Source of the DNA: Glaucostegus cemiculus | Lineage: Eukaryota | Assembly (NCBI GenBank): GCA_976551045.1 | Contig: CDPCPM010000026.1 | Span: forward strand, 9,796,001-9,860,000 | Direction of reading: 5' to 3' | DNA: 64,000 nt | Part shown: positions 50,311 through 62,830 of the stretch, piece after piece | Position numbering within the stretch: position 1 is the first letter of the stretch | How the letters are laid out: the number at the start of each line of letters is the position of its first letter | The notes under the pieces: generated by a model | Seen by the model: the letters and a program-made list of their open reading frames with translations, nothing else | Database searches by the model: none | Told to the model about the DNA's origin: nothing | Program-made: the position numbers and the translations under genes

Positions 50311-50462
50311 TTGCTTTTCCCTTCTATATATTGGGCTTCCCCTTCTCCTATCTTCAGTCCTGAAGAAGGGTCCTGACCCGAAATGTTGACTGCCTGGTTT
50401 TCTCCATGGATGCTGCCTGGCCTGCTGAGTTCCTCCAGCATCATTGTGTTTTTCATCTTCTT
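50311..50462 (+). mobile_element. Penelope-type terminal repeat fragment
   Basis: Nearly identical downstream sequence to 23950-24020 (GGATGCTGCCTGGCCTGCTGAGTTCCTCCAGCATCAT.GTGTTTTTCATCT) and homologous to the 3' end of the GIY-YIG element at 32.8-33.0 kb. Confidence 0.8.
50355..50392 (+). ncRNA. Minimal type I hammerhead ribozyme motif (Penelope-associated)
   Basis: Stem I CAGTC/GACTG; core CTGAAGA plus one extra A; stem II GGGT-cctg-ACCC; GAAA; loopless stem III remnant TGT; predicted cleavage after 50387. Confidence 0.7.
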
Positions 50463-50809
50463 TCTGTGTTGTATGATTCTATGACTGTAGAATGATATAC
50501 TGAGTAACATAAACTTCTAAGTGTTTTTAACAAACCCCATGCACTCACTCTCCAATTACTAGTGGCTAAGAAATTCTATTGTACCCAAGGAGATAAATGA
50601 GCCCCTCATTACACATTGCACCAATGATTGTATTTGTCATAGATCTCACAATAGTTCTTATTGACTACTAATACCTGGCTATCTTCTTTTGGGGGACTCT
50701 GGTCAAGAGTGGTCGCTGGACAATTTTTAAATAAAGGATACTGATTTTGCCCAGGGCAGCCAATTCTTCAGGGATGCTGCAAGCAGTATAGGTCTGTTGA
50801 CAACAGAGA

Positions 50810-52205
50810 GACCATAAGAAGTGGTAGCACAACTCTGCCGTTCAGCCCCTGAGCCTGCTCAGCCTTTCAATAAGATCATGACAAATCCAACATTCTATCT
50901 TTCCCCATAACCCCTAATTCCCTTCCTGATCAGAACTCTGCTTATCTCAGCTGTAAATATGCAGAGAGGCTCCGTCCCCACAGTTAAGATAAGATCTCTT
51001 TATTTGTCACATGTTCATCGAAACACACAGTGAAATGCATCTTTGCATAGAGCGTTCTGGGGGTAGCCTGCAAGTGTCACTACGCTTCCAGCGCCAACAT
51101 AGCACGCTCACAACTTCCTAACCTGTACACCTTTGGAATGTGGGAGGAAACTGGAGCACCCGGAGGAAACCCATGCAGACACGGGGAGAATGTACAAACT
51201 CCTTAGAGACAGCAACCGGAATTGAACCTGGGTCGCTGGCGCTTTAAAGCATTACGCTAACTGCTACACTACCGTGCCCTGTGGCAAGAAGTTTCACAGA
51301 GTCACAAGCCTCTGAGAGAAGAAATTCTTCTTGATCTAAGTTTTAAATGGGCACTCACTTTTTCTGAAACCATACTATCTGATTCTGGGCTCTCCCATAC
51401 GAGGAAACATCCTTTCAGCATTTACTCTGTTTACTCCCCAAAGAATCTTATATGTGTCAATAAGTTCACCACGGATTCTTCTGATCACCAGTGAATAGAA
51501 TTCCAATCTGTTTAACCTTTTCTCATAGGACAATCCCTCCATACCCAGCATCATCCTTGTGAACTTTCTCTGAACCACCCACAATGAAATAATACCTTTC
51601 CTTAAATAGAAAGACTAAAACTGTTTATAGTACTCTAGATATGACCTTGTACAGTTGCAGTAAGACTTCTCTACTTTTATACTCCAGTGTCCTTGAAATA
51701 AGTGCCAACATTCTGTTAGTCTTCCCTATTACCTACTACACGTGTTCTCATCTTCTGTGTCTTGTGCACAAGAACCCACAAACCCTGTTGTGCTGCAGCT
51801 TTTCTCCATTTAAATAATAGTTGTTTTTTATTCTTCCTTCCAAAATGAACACATTTTCCTACATTATAATTTGATGACTTTGTGCCCACCCACTTACTCT
51901 ATCAATATCTCTTTGTTAATTTTTTTGTATCCTCCTTGTAATGTGGCTACTGAACATTCTCTCCCTACCTCCATGTCACTAATATATATCCTAAGTAGTA
52001 GTGGCCCCAGCGCTGATCCCTATGGCACCCCACTAGTCACAGGCTCCCAACCTGAAAATGATCCCCTTATCCCTACTCACTTCTTCCTGATTGTTATCCA
52101 ACCTTTTATCCATGCCAATATATTACCTCTAACTCCATGGGCTGGTGTATTGTGACTTATCCTTTGTGAGCCACCTTGTTGAAGAGATTCTGGAAATACA
52201 AATAC
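50810..52205 (-). mobile_element. CR1 LINE fragment, interrupted by a V-SINE
   Basis: VQRKFTRMMLGMEGLSYEKRLNRLEFYSL..RRIRGELIDTYKIL (ORF 51375-51584) and reverse VTSGVP.GSALGPLL at about 52000-52040. Confidence 0.88.
50985..51279 (-). mobile_element. Full-length V-SINE with (ATCTT)n tail, nested in CR1
   Basis: tRNA-like head (reverse GGCACGGTAGTGTAGCAGTTAGCG...GGTTCAATTCC), well-preserved V-core, tail TAAGATAAGAT. The host CR1 reads through on both sides (CCCCACAG|...|TGTGGCAAGAA). Confidence 0.92.
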
Positions 52206-54369
52206 AATACTGGTTCTCTTCCATCCACTCTGGTTGAGTTTTCTTCAAAAAATTCTCAGTACAAGTGACAGGAGCTGCATTCTAAACTGCTTAATGGACT
52301 TTGTAAGCAGTTAAATTGAGCAAATTAAGTTTGGATTTTAGAGCCACATATGGTTCAGATAGATTACGTCTCAAGTACAAGTTGAATTTTGGTAACAATG
52401 CAGTCTATTTAACTTCAGAAAAAGTATCATTATCAGGATATTAAACTGACAAGACAGTAAATGTCAGCTGTGAGGTATAAATATGGCACTTGCAAAATTA
52501 ACAATTAACAGAAAGGTCTTTCAGAATTAAGGAAAAACACTTTACAATGTCATTTTATGAAGATGAATTAACACACTTAAGAATAGATCACCCTTGATTC
52601 TATTTAATTCACAAACTAATCATACTTGAACTGAATGACTGAAAGTGAGCAGTGTTGAGAAAATAATATTTGTAATATACTTATATACCAAATAGGGTAA
52701 TGAAAGTACTGTACTTGCAATTTACTCATTTCATATTTATGTTCTATATCCAACACTTGTTGATTGTATGACCATAAGTAGTATGCTTGAAAGTTCCAAT
52801 AGAAAATACAAGTAAAAGTACTACATGGGAAAAAGGGACAAAATTAAGTTTTACCAAAGATATACCACACTTGAGAAGAGCAGATTGTGGAAACTTTAGA
52901 TTTGGAGTCACACATAGAACTGGGCACATTAATTACAAATAACAACAGCTGTTGAGCAAATAGCAACATGCTGTAGGCTGCATCGCATAGTTTGACACAA
53001 ACAATTAGTACATTTTAGGTAGAATGAAAGCAGCTGTTTAGGCATACCATTGAACCAGAAGAGTTGCCAAGGAAACCAATTAAAAATCTGAAAATTGCAG
53101 TAAGCAGATATGTTTAACATCAACATTTGCAAAGCTTTTTTGGTAAACCACATGGAAATGTTTCCATTAAAACAATTGGTTCTAGATACAGATGTTCCAT
53201 AGAAAAACATTTTCAATAGCCCTATTCAGTGAGACAATGATTTAATCAGGGCCCATATGTGCCTTTTATGTGGGTAAAAATATTCAAAGCTGGTGAAGAT
53301 CCCAGAGTGCTTCAAGGTTTCTTGAAGCAAATGTGTGTTCCTTCAGTGGCCAAGTTTATTTTAAAATCTCTAATTGGTGTTACATATTTGTTTCAGTATT
53401 TTAACTTCTTTTAAAAATTCACAATAAATTACCTGGCTGATTGATTTTGTTTAAAGAACCTTCTAGTAATCTTACGATCGTAGCAAAATAATTGTTGTAC
53501 TTTTCAAATCTTTTGCTCACTTCAATTTAACAGAATTTGCCAACAATGTTTTAGGTCTTAAAGTTTACCTGCAAACCAGTTTCAGATGTCAATTGTAATG
53601 CCTTTCTTGGTTCTGACCCATAGGATATTCTTGGCGTTTGTTCAGTACACCGAGAGTTACTGCCCTGATTTGGTGGCATGAAGTGTAACATTTGGGGAGC
53701 TGGACAAACAAGTGCAAGTCTGGATCACAGAAAGTGAGGTGATGGGTAAAGACACTGCGGCAATTAATCAAGTGCAGGAGGCAAGGGTCAAGCAGAACTG
53801 CATGCTGGGATAAGTAATGGAGAATCCAAAATGGTAAAAACTAATAACCTACCATGTTTGTGAATTCCTGAGGTTCTTGCACACTGTCACTAAATAACAG
53901 CTTGCTATAAGTCAAAAATACAACTTATTTAAAAAAGACTGATGATGAAATAAGTGCTTTGATTTGAAATTGTACAGCTTCTGATGCTGATAACATCCAA
54001 ATGCAACATATATCCCCTGCCAACAGCATGTAAAATTGCTTATTAAAATCTCTATTTTACTTTCTGAATGACAAGGGCAGCTGCTGCTACTATTAGTATC
54101 AGGCAGATCATAAATAATTTGAATGCAGATTGCCCAGAGGTAATATACTTCTCTACTGGGGCTTTCTCCGGCTTAGTGTATTTAGTCAATCTCAAACAAC
54201 TCTGATACAGTGGCATCACAACAAGTGTCTCTAATTAAAATTTTGGAAAATTTTATATTTTAGCTCCAGAAAACAATCATGCTGCCTGACAACAATTGTT
54301 AGCATTGCTCGTTGTATTTTATTTCTATTTTTGAGTAGTTGTTTTCAAAGGAACAAGGATTAACTCCTA

Positions 54370-54530
54370 ATGCTGGAAAATGTTGGAGACACTCAGCAGG
54401 TCAGGCAGCATATATGAAAAGAGAAACAGAGTTAATATCTGATATTGAAAAAACCTTTATAATCACAGAAAAACTACAGATGCTGGAAATCTGAAATAAA
54501 AGGTTTAACTCTTCCTCCTTCAGATGTGGT
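54370..54530. mobile_element. Rearranged Penelope-type terminal fragments
   Basis: ACTCAGCAGGTCAGGCAGCAT...GAGAAACAGAGTTAA (minus) and CTACAGATGCTGGAAATCTGAAATAAAA. Similar pieces at about 17020-17110, 22405-22490, 42095-42135 and 59490-59545. Confidence 0.6.
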
Positions 54531-55234
54531 CCAGTTATTTTTATTGGTGTAGTTGACAGACAAACATCATGTAAGTGCTTTATGTAACTAACTCTGGCAC
54601 ATCATCAAGAATGATTTTCAGGCTTAGATAAATTTCAATGAATCTTCATGTGAATACAGAGCTGAAAATAACTTCCTTCAGTTGTCTGAGGAAGAGCATC
54701 ACTTCCAGGCCCTTGAAGGAAATTTGACTTATTATTACTATTTCCAATATTAATTTCTATTTAGATTATGTGACTGAATATACAAGACACTTTATTTTTG
54801 ATTGGCTAATAACTGGCCAGTGATCAATTCCCAGCCTACTTTGGATCAGTGGTCAGCTGAGACACCAAATCCTTCATCATTCTGTGTCAACAACACTGCA
54901 GTTAGACAGTGCAAAACAACTGGAAATATAATTAAGAAAATAGGTATATAGAAAATACAATTGCCAGAAAGGAGGAAAAAGAAGAGGGTTTTATCTGTGC
55001 TTTGTTGTACATTGTGCTTTGGATGAAGCAGAGTGGAAGCAGAAGAAACTATCACTCAGCTATGCCTTGTATATATGTGTATAGCTTGGTTACACTGTGG
55101 AAGATATTTGTACCGCATTTATGCTTTTAGCAATGAAAATTCAGCATTCAATTTCCCTTATAGAATGTCTAAACCCAAACTAATAGCTACACTCTTGAGA
55201 TCAACCAGCTTTTATCTGGCAATGGTCAATAGAG

Positions 55235-55640
55235 TCAAAGAATTATAGAATGGTTACACTGCCTAAGCCTGTTAGGTCCTAACTGGCTCGATGTAAGGAC
55301 AATCCAGCTGGTTCCGTTCCTCTGTCCTCTCCCCAGTGTCTTTCAAATGTATCCCTTGCAGATACTTATCCAGCTCCTTTCTGAATACCACAATCAAATC
55401 TGTCTCCATCACAACCCCCACAGTGCATTACAGATCATATCCACTGACTGAGTAAAAAAGTAATTCCTCATGTCATAGTTGTCCCTCTATAGTGCCTCTT
55501 TTCATTCCTTTCTATCAAAATGTATACATCACATTTCTCAGCAGTAAGTTTCATCTGCCACCTATGTGCCCATTCTACCAGTCTGTCTATATCCCTTTGA
55601 AGTCTATTCCTATCCTCTATCCTTCTCATCGTCCACTGTC
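55235..55640 (-). mobile_element. CR1 remnant
   Basis: DRNRLQRDIDRLVEWAHRWQMKLTAEKCDV (ORF 55468-55755), plus a reverse CR1 terminus near 55240. Confidence 0.75.
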
Positions 55641-55679
55641 TCTCCATGAAGAGTTCAGGACCAGCATGCTCCTGTGAGG

Positions 55680-57500
55680 ATAAAAGATAAGGATAGCAAG
55701 GTTCAGGAACCTTGAATGACATTGTAAGTTTAGTCAAAAAGAAAAAAGGGAGCATGTGTAAGGTTTAGAGAGCTGAAATCAGGCAAGGCTATTGCAGAAT
55801 ATACAGGAGATAACTGACACAAGAAATTAGGAGGACCTAAAGGGGACATGAAATGGCAAGTAGGATTAAGGAGAATCTCAAGGCATTTTAAATGTATATT
55901 AGGAGTAAGAGGGTAGCCAAGGAAAGGGTAGGTCCACCAAGGACAATGGAGGGAATTTATGTGTGGAGCTGGAAGGTGAGGTCCTTGATAAGTACCTTGC
56001 ATTGGTATCCACCAAAGAGAAAGATATAGAGGATAATGAGATTAGGGAGGGGTATGTTGCTATTTCAAGGTATGTCAACATTGAGAAGGAGGTGGTGTTG
56101 GGTGCCTTGAAAATACATAAGGATATGGATAAGTCCCCAGGGCCTGATGTCACCTATCTCAGGATAGTGAGGGAAGCAAGGGAGGAGATTTCTATGCCTC
56201 AACAGAGACCTTTGTAACTTCTTTAGCTCTGGCAAGGTGCCAGAAGACTAAAGAATAGCCAATGGTGTTCACTTATTTAAGAAGAGCAACAGGAACAAAC
56301 CTGGAAATTATAGGCTGGTGAGCCTTACATCAGTGGTCGGGAAATTATTGGAGAAGATTCTTAGGATGTACTTGCATTTGGAAAATCATGGACTTATTAG
56401 GGATAGTCAGCTTTGCTTTGTGAGAGGGAGATCCAATCCCACAAATTTGAGGTTGTGTTTTGAGGAAGTGACGAAGATGATTGTTGAGTACAGGGCAGTG
56501 GATGTTGTCTACATGGACTTTAGAAAAAGAATTCAACAAGTACCCCAATGGTAGGCTGGTCCAGAAGATTAAGTCACATGCAATCTATGGTGTGTAGGTA
56601 AATTGGATCAAAAATTGGATTGGTCTGAGAAGACAAAGAATAGTGAAGTTTTTCTCACCAAAGGACTGGAGCGAAGTTCCACAATGATCAGCGCTGAGAC
56701 CTCAGTTATTTATAATATATATTAAACATTTGAATGAAAACATAGGTTGTCTGATAGATAAAATAACAGATTACATGAAAATTGGTGGAACTATGGAAAG
56801 TGAAGAAGATTGACAGCAGGATAGAGGCCAGCTGGAAATCGGGGCAGAGAAATGGCAGATGGAGTTTAATTTGAACAAGTGTGAAGTGATGCTTTTTGGG
56901 AGATCAAATACAAAAGGAAAGTACATGGTAAATCACTGGACCCTTAGAAGCATTGATGTGCAGAGGGATCTTGGGGAGCAAGTCCATAATTCCCTGAAAG
57001 AGGCAACAAAAGTAAATGGGGTGGTAAATAAGGAAAATAGCATGTTTGCCTTCATCAGTCTTGGCATTATATAAAAAGATAGCACGTCATATTGCAGCAG
57101 TATAAAATTTTGGCTAGGCCACGTTTGGAATATTGTGTGCAGTTTTGGTTGCCACACTATAGGAAGGATGTGGAGGCTTTGAACAGGGTGCAGAAGTGTT
57201 TCACCAGAAAGCTGCCTGGTTTAGAGTGTATTAACTATAAGGAGAGATTGGACAAGCTTGGATTGTTTTCACCACAGCACTGGAGGCGGGAGGGGGGTGA
57301 CCTGGCAGAAGTATATATAATTACAAGATGGTAGACAGTTAGAGTCTTTTTTTCAGGGTGGAAATATCAAACAGTAGCAGGCATAGGTTTAAGGTGAAGG
57401 AGGAAAGTTTAAAGGATATTTACAAGGCAAGTTTTTTTTTACACAAAGTGTACCTGGAACATACTGCCAGGGGAGGTGGTAGAAACAGATACGATCACAA
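55680..57500 (+). mobile_element. CR1 LINE ORF2 fragment, about 1.8 kb, frameshifted
   Basis: DKSPGPD, SLTSVVGKLLEKIL, AVDVVYMDFRK, MEFNLNKCEVMLFGRSN, YKILARPRLEYCVQFWLPHYRKDVEALNRVQKCFTRKLPGL. Confidence 0.95.
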
Positions 57501-58159
57501 ATGCAGCGTGGTCGAACATGCAACTTGGCACCCACCCTGATGTCACAATACTATTAAATGTGTTATTTATACCTATGTGGCTACAAGTTAACTGTCTATG
57601 TAGGAAAGTGCATTGATGAATGGATGTAATATATGTACAGCCACACTTAGTCATTGACCATTCAGAGGAAGTAAATTTTTATGCTTGCTGTTGTAAGAGG
57701 ATTAATCTTAATCTAATAATTGTATGGAAGACCACGTCTTGGAATCACTATGAAATAAATGACAAGGACCTGAGAGAAATGTAAAAGGCCACATCTCCTT
57801 GACATCAGGAAAAGACACTAAGGCAGGATGTGAGTTCTACAGAACTGAGCAAGTATTGTTAATGAGATATTCAGTATTATAGTATGTGCCTCTATATTCA
57901 AATCCCCATTGATTTTAATGTATGCATTAAGAAATCAATTAATTTAGGCATTATGAAAATATTTAAATCAAAGACTCTTAAAATTCAGGACAGTGACAAA
58001 TTCATTGGTGACATACAAAGTTAGAGTTCTTCATCTTTTATCCATAAGTGGTATATTATGATTTTCCTTTTAGATTATTCTTCAGTTTAATCAGGTACGA
58101 TCTTTTCTTTTTATTTAGTGATTACAACTTTCAGTAGTAAATGTTAAAGCTTTCTCCCA

Positions 58160-58515
58160 CTGCTCAGTTGGTGAAGGTAATGTATAATTCAGCCATAGTA
58201 ACCAGAGTGTCCCAGGTTTAACTTTTGGTTTGCTCTGGCCATGGAGATCTTAACTGGGACAGCAATAAGGGCAACAGTTTGCTTTACTGCCCTTGGGTCA
58301 CTATTCATGACTGTGCTGTCCAGTGGCACCTGGTTGAAAGTTCATGTGTGAGCACTGGATAAGTAGGATCAGATAAGATCAGGGTAAGATATGCTCCTTT
58401 CTGGAAAACTCCATGACCAGACACACATATGAACCTTGTGAGTGTCTGACCATGGGATTGAGATGAAGCAACATTTAATGTACTTAGAGTGGAATGTCAA
58501 GGAAATGAAACAGGA
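58160..58515 (+). mobile_element. LF-SINE-like element
   Basis: GCTCAGTTGGTGAAGG...CAGCCATAGTAACCAGAGTGTCCCAGGTTT...GCTGTCCAGTGGCACCTGGTTGAAAGTTCATGTGTG...AGTAGGATCAG parallels the recalled LF-SINE consensus along its length. Confidence 0.6.
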
Positions 58516-58747
58516 TAACATACTTCAGAAAGGTTAAAGCTATCAAAATTTAGATCCCTGCTTTGCAATTATAATCTCAGAAATGATGTTTTCCACCAGT
58601 TTACTCCCGTTTGATTTTAATTTTCCTTGAAGTCAGTGGGTGCTAATTGGTTTTCAATCTGATCCTCTGGGATTCCTGACTAGAAAAGGGGGTTAAAAAA
58701 TTAGCCCATTCCACTGTAGACAACATTTTTATTTTCTCTGTCCATAA

Positions 58748-59110
58748 GGCACTGGGATGCAACAGGTTGTACTGCTGCCTCACAACACCAGTGACCTGGG
58801 TTGTCCTGACCGTCAGTGCTGTCTGTGTGGAGTTTGCATGTTCTCCCTGTGACTGCGTGAATATCCTTCGCATGCTTCAGTTTCCTCCTGATCTCAAAGA
58901 ATGCTGGTAGGTAAGTTAATTGGTTACAACATAACACTCCAGTGTATGTGAGTGGCAAGAAAATCAGAAGGACATTAATGGTCAAGTGAGAATGAATGGA
59001 TAACAGGGAAATCATTTGAAGAATTGTACTGATGAGATTAATCTGAGAATCAACATAGACCAGATGTGCCAACTGACCTCCTTCTGCATTGTAAGGAAGT
59101 ATGAGGAAAT
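58748..59110 (+). mobile_element. V-SINE (HE1-like)
   Basis: GTCTGTGTGGAGTTTGCATGTTCTCCCTGTGACTGCGTG V-core with tRNA-like head and CR1-like tail. Confidence 0.9.
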
Positions 59111-61939
59111 ATATGAGAAATAGTCAGAGCATCATACCACTTAAATTTCCCATCTTGTTGTGTATTATTATTCACTAACAGGAAGTGCTTATTGGCAGCT
59201 AGAACTGATTCTCCCAGCTAATCTCAGGACAGGAATGAACATTGTGGAGAATGAGGAAAAGGTCAGATTAAGTTATAAATATATTCATTTTGGGGATATC
59301 AAGTTTATAGGATTAAATAATTAACATTTCACAATTGCATTTGTAATTAATTATATATACAATTTCAGCATTTTTGTTTGTAATAATTATTTAAGAATAA
59401 AAGCCTCATACTTCTCAGGTAAAATACTCAATGTGCATCTTTCACAGCTTCATTTTGTACATTACCTTATTCACCACAAACCAGACTTGGGCTGCCTAAC
59501 CTGCTGAGTGTTGCCAACACTTTTTGTCTTTATTCCAGAACCTGCACAATGGACCAAATTACTTCCTTCTATCCTGTATGATTCTACAGTTAAAATGTTC
59601 TCAGCAATACCTATGAAATATAATATTTATCTTCTCAATAAATCAGATCTTATGAATGCATTTTGGTCAATCTCCTGGAAGCCTATTACAAAGAGATACC
59701 CAGGAATCAATTTAGTCACAATCATGATGTTTGTTCACAATGCAAATTTTTGTGTAGTTTTTATTCCCAAAGACAGAGACAGTCATCATAAATTATTGGG
59801 TACTATCGTAAATCCATTGCTAAAGAAATGTGGTAATGTCAACTTCAGGTACACAAAGCTTGAAGGATAAGTATTAATCTTTACTTGCAGAGTTATCAAT
59901 AGGCATTTACTCTAGTTTAAAATAATTACACATGAGCAATCACATTAGTGTGGTCATGTTTATGACTCAAACACTTCATTAGCTACCAAGAGAGTCCTAA
60001 CTCTTCTGTGTGAACTACTGTAAGAACCTATTACGAAGTAAAAACACGGATAAACACTGGCAGAAAACCCTTTCAGTTGAGATAAAACAATGTCCTTATT
60101 ACAGCAGTGGGCAGAACTTTTGAACAGAGGGTCTTTGTCTCTCCACAAACTCTTCCCACCAAATAGAAGCTGTAGGATAAGGCACATGTAGACAATTAGC
60201 ACACACGGCCACGCTGTTTGTCAGGTGCAATGGTGCTTGACTACTGAGAATGGAGAAGAACTCTACGAAAAGTGAATGCATGGTATGTTGACCCCTGTGG
60301 TCTGAATAAAAACCTATTGTTAGCATCCCCAGAGGGGAATAATAATAATTTTTTTTAAGAAAGCATAACAACATGAAAGGATACAATGAACTTGTGAGGT
60401 GTGTTTTAGGGAAGTAATTTAGTAAAGCAATTCTTTCAAACAATGCTTCTCAGTTAACATATCTGTTTACACATAACAAATGTTTGTGGAAAAATTGGTA
60501 TGATTTTAACATATCCAGTTTAAAATTATCAACTTTATTTTAAAAGTTGTTGTGGAATTTGCACAACCAGCTGCTTCATCAAACCAATTAATCATTTGTT
60601 TCCCCTTGGAGCCCATACACACAATAATGAGAGAAGAATAGAGGCTGAGTTAGGAGATAGTCTGTGTGGGAAAAGAGTTCCAATACACAAACAAAGAAAA
60701 TATTTTCTATACCAGCAGAAAGCAAGAGGATATTATGCCTAAACTATCATTATCTTTCGTCATCATTATCAAAACAAAACAGTCCATATTTGCAAATATC
60801 TGCGAAGCTGTACAAAGAATCCACTCATTATTCACTGCAAGTCCTCTTGGAGAGAGGAGCAGATTCAGCTTCCCTTATACACAGAATGACAACAGCTGTG
60901 AGTGGCTGTTTGCTTTTGTCTTTGTGTTTTTGATGTTAGCCTTCCTTCATGTACACAGACATTGTCAGAAGGACTGAATCACTTGAAACTGCCACAGCAG
61001 GCAAACACTAATGATTGTAGCTTTGCCAGAAAAAATACACAGAGAGACAGCCAGGACACCAAACAGAATAAACACTCCAATTCACAAGCACATCAAGGGA
61101 CATGAATGATCTAAATCATTGTGATAGCTGCCATTCACAGATGGAACCATCTGAAGTGGCATCTAATTGGTGAGTACTGTGCAATCAAAATTATTTTTAA
61201 GCTCTGAGGATGGGGAACCTATTTATTTAAATGTGGTGAAAGTGATGTAAATGCACAATAATTCAAGAACATTTAAATCTGTCACATTCAGAACTTAAAA
61301 GAAAATGTCTGCTGACATTATGGTTGAGAAATCCACTGACAGGAAACACTGAATTTTTTAAAAGTTTTCATAGCCCTTCAGATGGTCAGTACAAGAGGAA
61401 TGACATTCATCAGAATTGGCTTGACATTCATTCAGACAGAATTAAATTATTATCAAAGGTCACTCAAGGTTGTAACAGTTGATCAACTAAATTCTAGGAG
61501 ACAGTGACAGGCAGGTGAAATGTCACCACAGTAAAAATCTTTATTTCTTGAAAGCTCCTAAAGAAAAGGATACATTGAGTTAAAATGTTGGCCATCCAAA
61601 CTCTGGGGGCCTGTATTTAATTATAGTCTAAACAGTCAATGGAAGGATGAGGGATATACAAAGCGCAAGTGTATATGATTTATATTTAAAGCTAATGTTG
61701 AGCACTAGCATCATATACACTGGGAAAGAGAGCAAGAACAAAGCTGTTGAGTTAGCAACATGCTTGTTGCTTCAGTATGATACTTTTGATTGAAAAATCT
61801 CCCTATATGTTTAGAATAGCAGAAAGTAAGCAGATTTGGAATTGCACTGAGGGCGATTCTAGCAAACACACCTCTGCCCAAATTGAGATCAACAAAATGT
61901 GGACAATGAGCTTGGACCTTCACTGTATCTTTATCATGT

Positions 61940-62455
61940 GTCAACAGGGTAGATGTGGAGAGGGAGAATCTAGAACTCGGGGCTATTATTTAAGAAGTGC
62001 CACCCTTCCGGCACCAACATAGCATTCCCACAACTTCCTAACCCCTACGCCTTTGGAATGTGAAAGGAAACCGGAGCACTCAGAGGAAACCCAGGCAGAC
62101 ATGGGGAGAACGTACAAACTCCTTACAGGCAGTGGCCGGATTTGAGCCCAGGTTTCTGGCGCTGTAATAGCGTTATGCTAACCACTACACTACCATGCAA
62201 AGGGTTGTCCAATTAAGCCAGAGACAAAACCGTTTTCTCTCAAAGGCCTGTGAATCTTTGGAGCTCTTTTTCTCAAAGGTGTGGGTAGAAGCAGTGTTTT
62301 TGATTGTTTTCAAGGCAGAGGTGGATAGATACTTCTGAAGCAAGTGGGTGAAAGAGAATGCAAAGTTGAAATTGTAATCAGATCATCTACGACCTCATTG
62401 AGTAGTTTGAACAGCTGAGCACTCTACTCCTGCTCCTAATTCATCTGTTCATGTG
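61940..62455 (+). mobile_element. CR1 3' fragment split by a V-SINE (about 61998-62197, minus, lacking its tail)
   Basis: GGGAGAATCTAGAACTCGGGG before and GGGTTGTCC...TTTTCTCTCAAAGG after the insert. The insert is the same subfamily as 50985-51279. Confidence 0.8.
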
Positions 62456-62559
62456 TTTGTAAGCTGAACAGCGGTGAGTTCAGCACCAGTAGGGCTAGCA
62501 CAGGCAGGACTAAGAACAGCAGGAAAACAACAACGATCTGTTCTTCACAGACCTGTGAG

Positions 62560-62830
62560 TGTAGAAGAGGGGAGCCTATAGGACTAGTACAGCCCACAAT
62601 AGGCCATACCTCTACAAAAAGAAACCAGACACAGGGGAAGCATCCTTGATATGCCAGCCCAGCTCTGGAGCCTCAGGGTCTCCGATCAAGTGATATATAG
62701 CCTGCTCGAAAGAACTTGCCGACAAGAGGACCTGTTGACTGCAATTTCCCACTGGTCTTGGTGTCTTTGCCCCAGGCATTCTTTCTCTGGAGCATCTAGG
62801 TCATTGGTGTCCTGCAAGAAGAAACCTCCG
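62560..62830 (+). pseudogene. Harbinger transposase N-terminal relic
   Basis: NRPY...RHRGSILDMPAQLWSLRVSDQVIYSLLE / LPTRGPVDCNFPL resembles R.R.SFLDMSE.QC.RRLR.SRQV...C.LL..L.P.GP...LPV. Confidence 0.45.
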
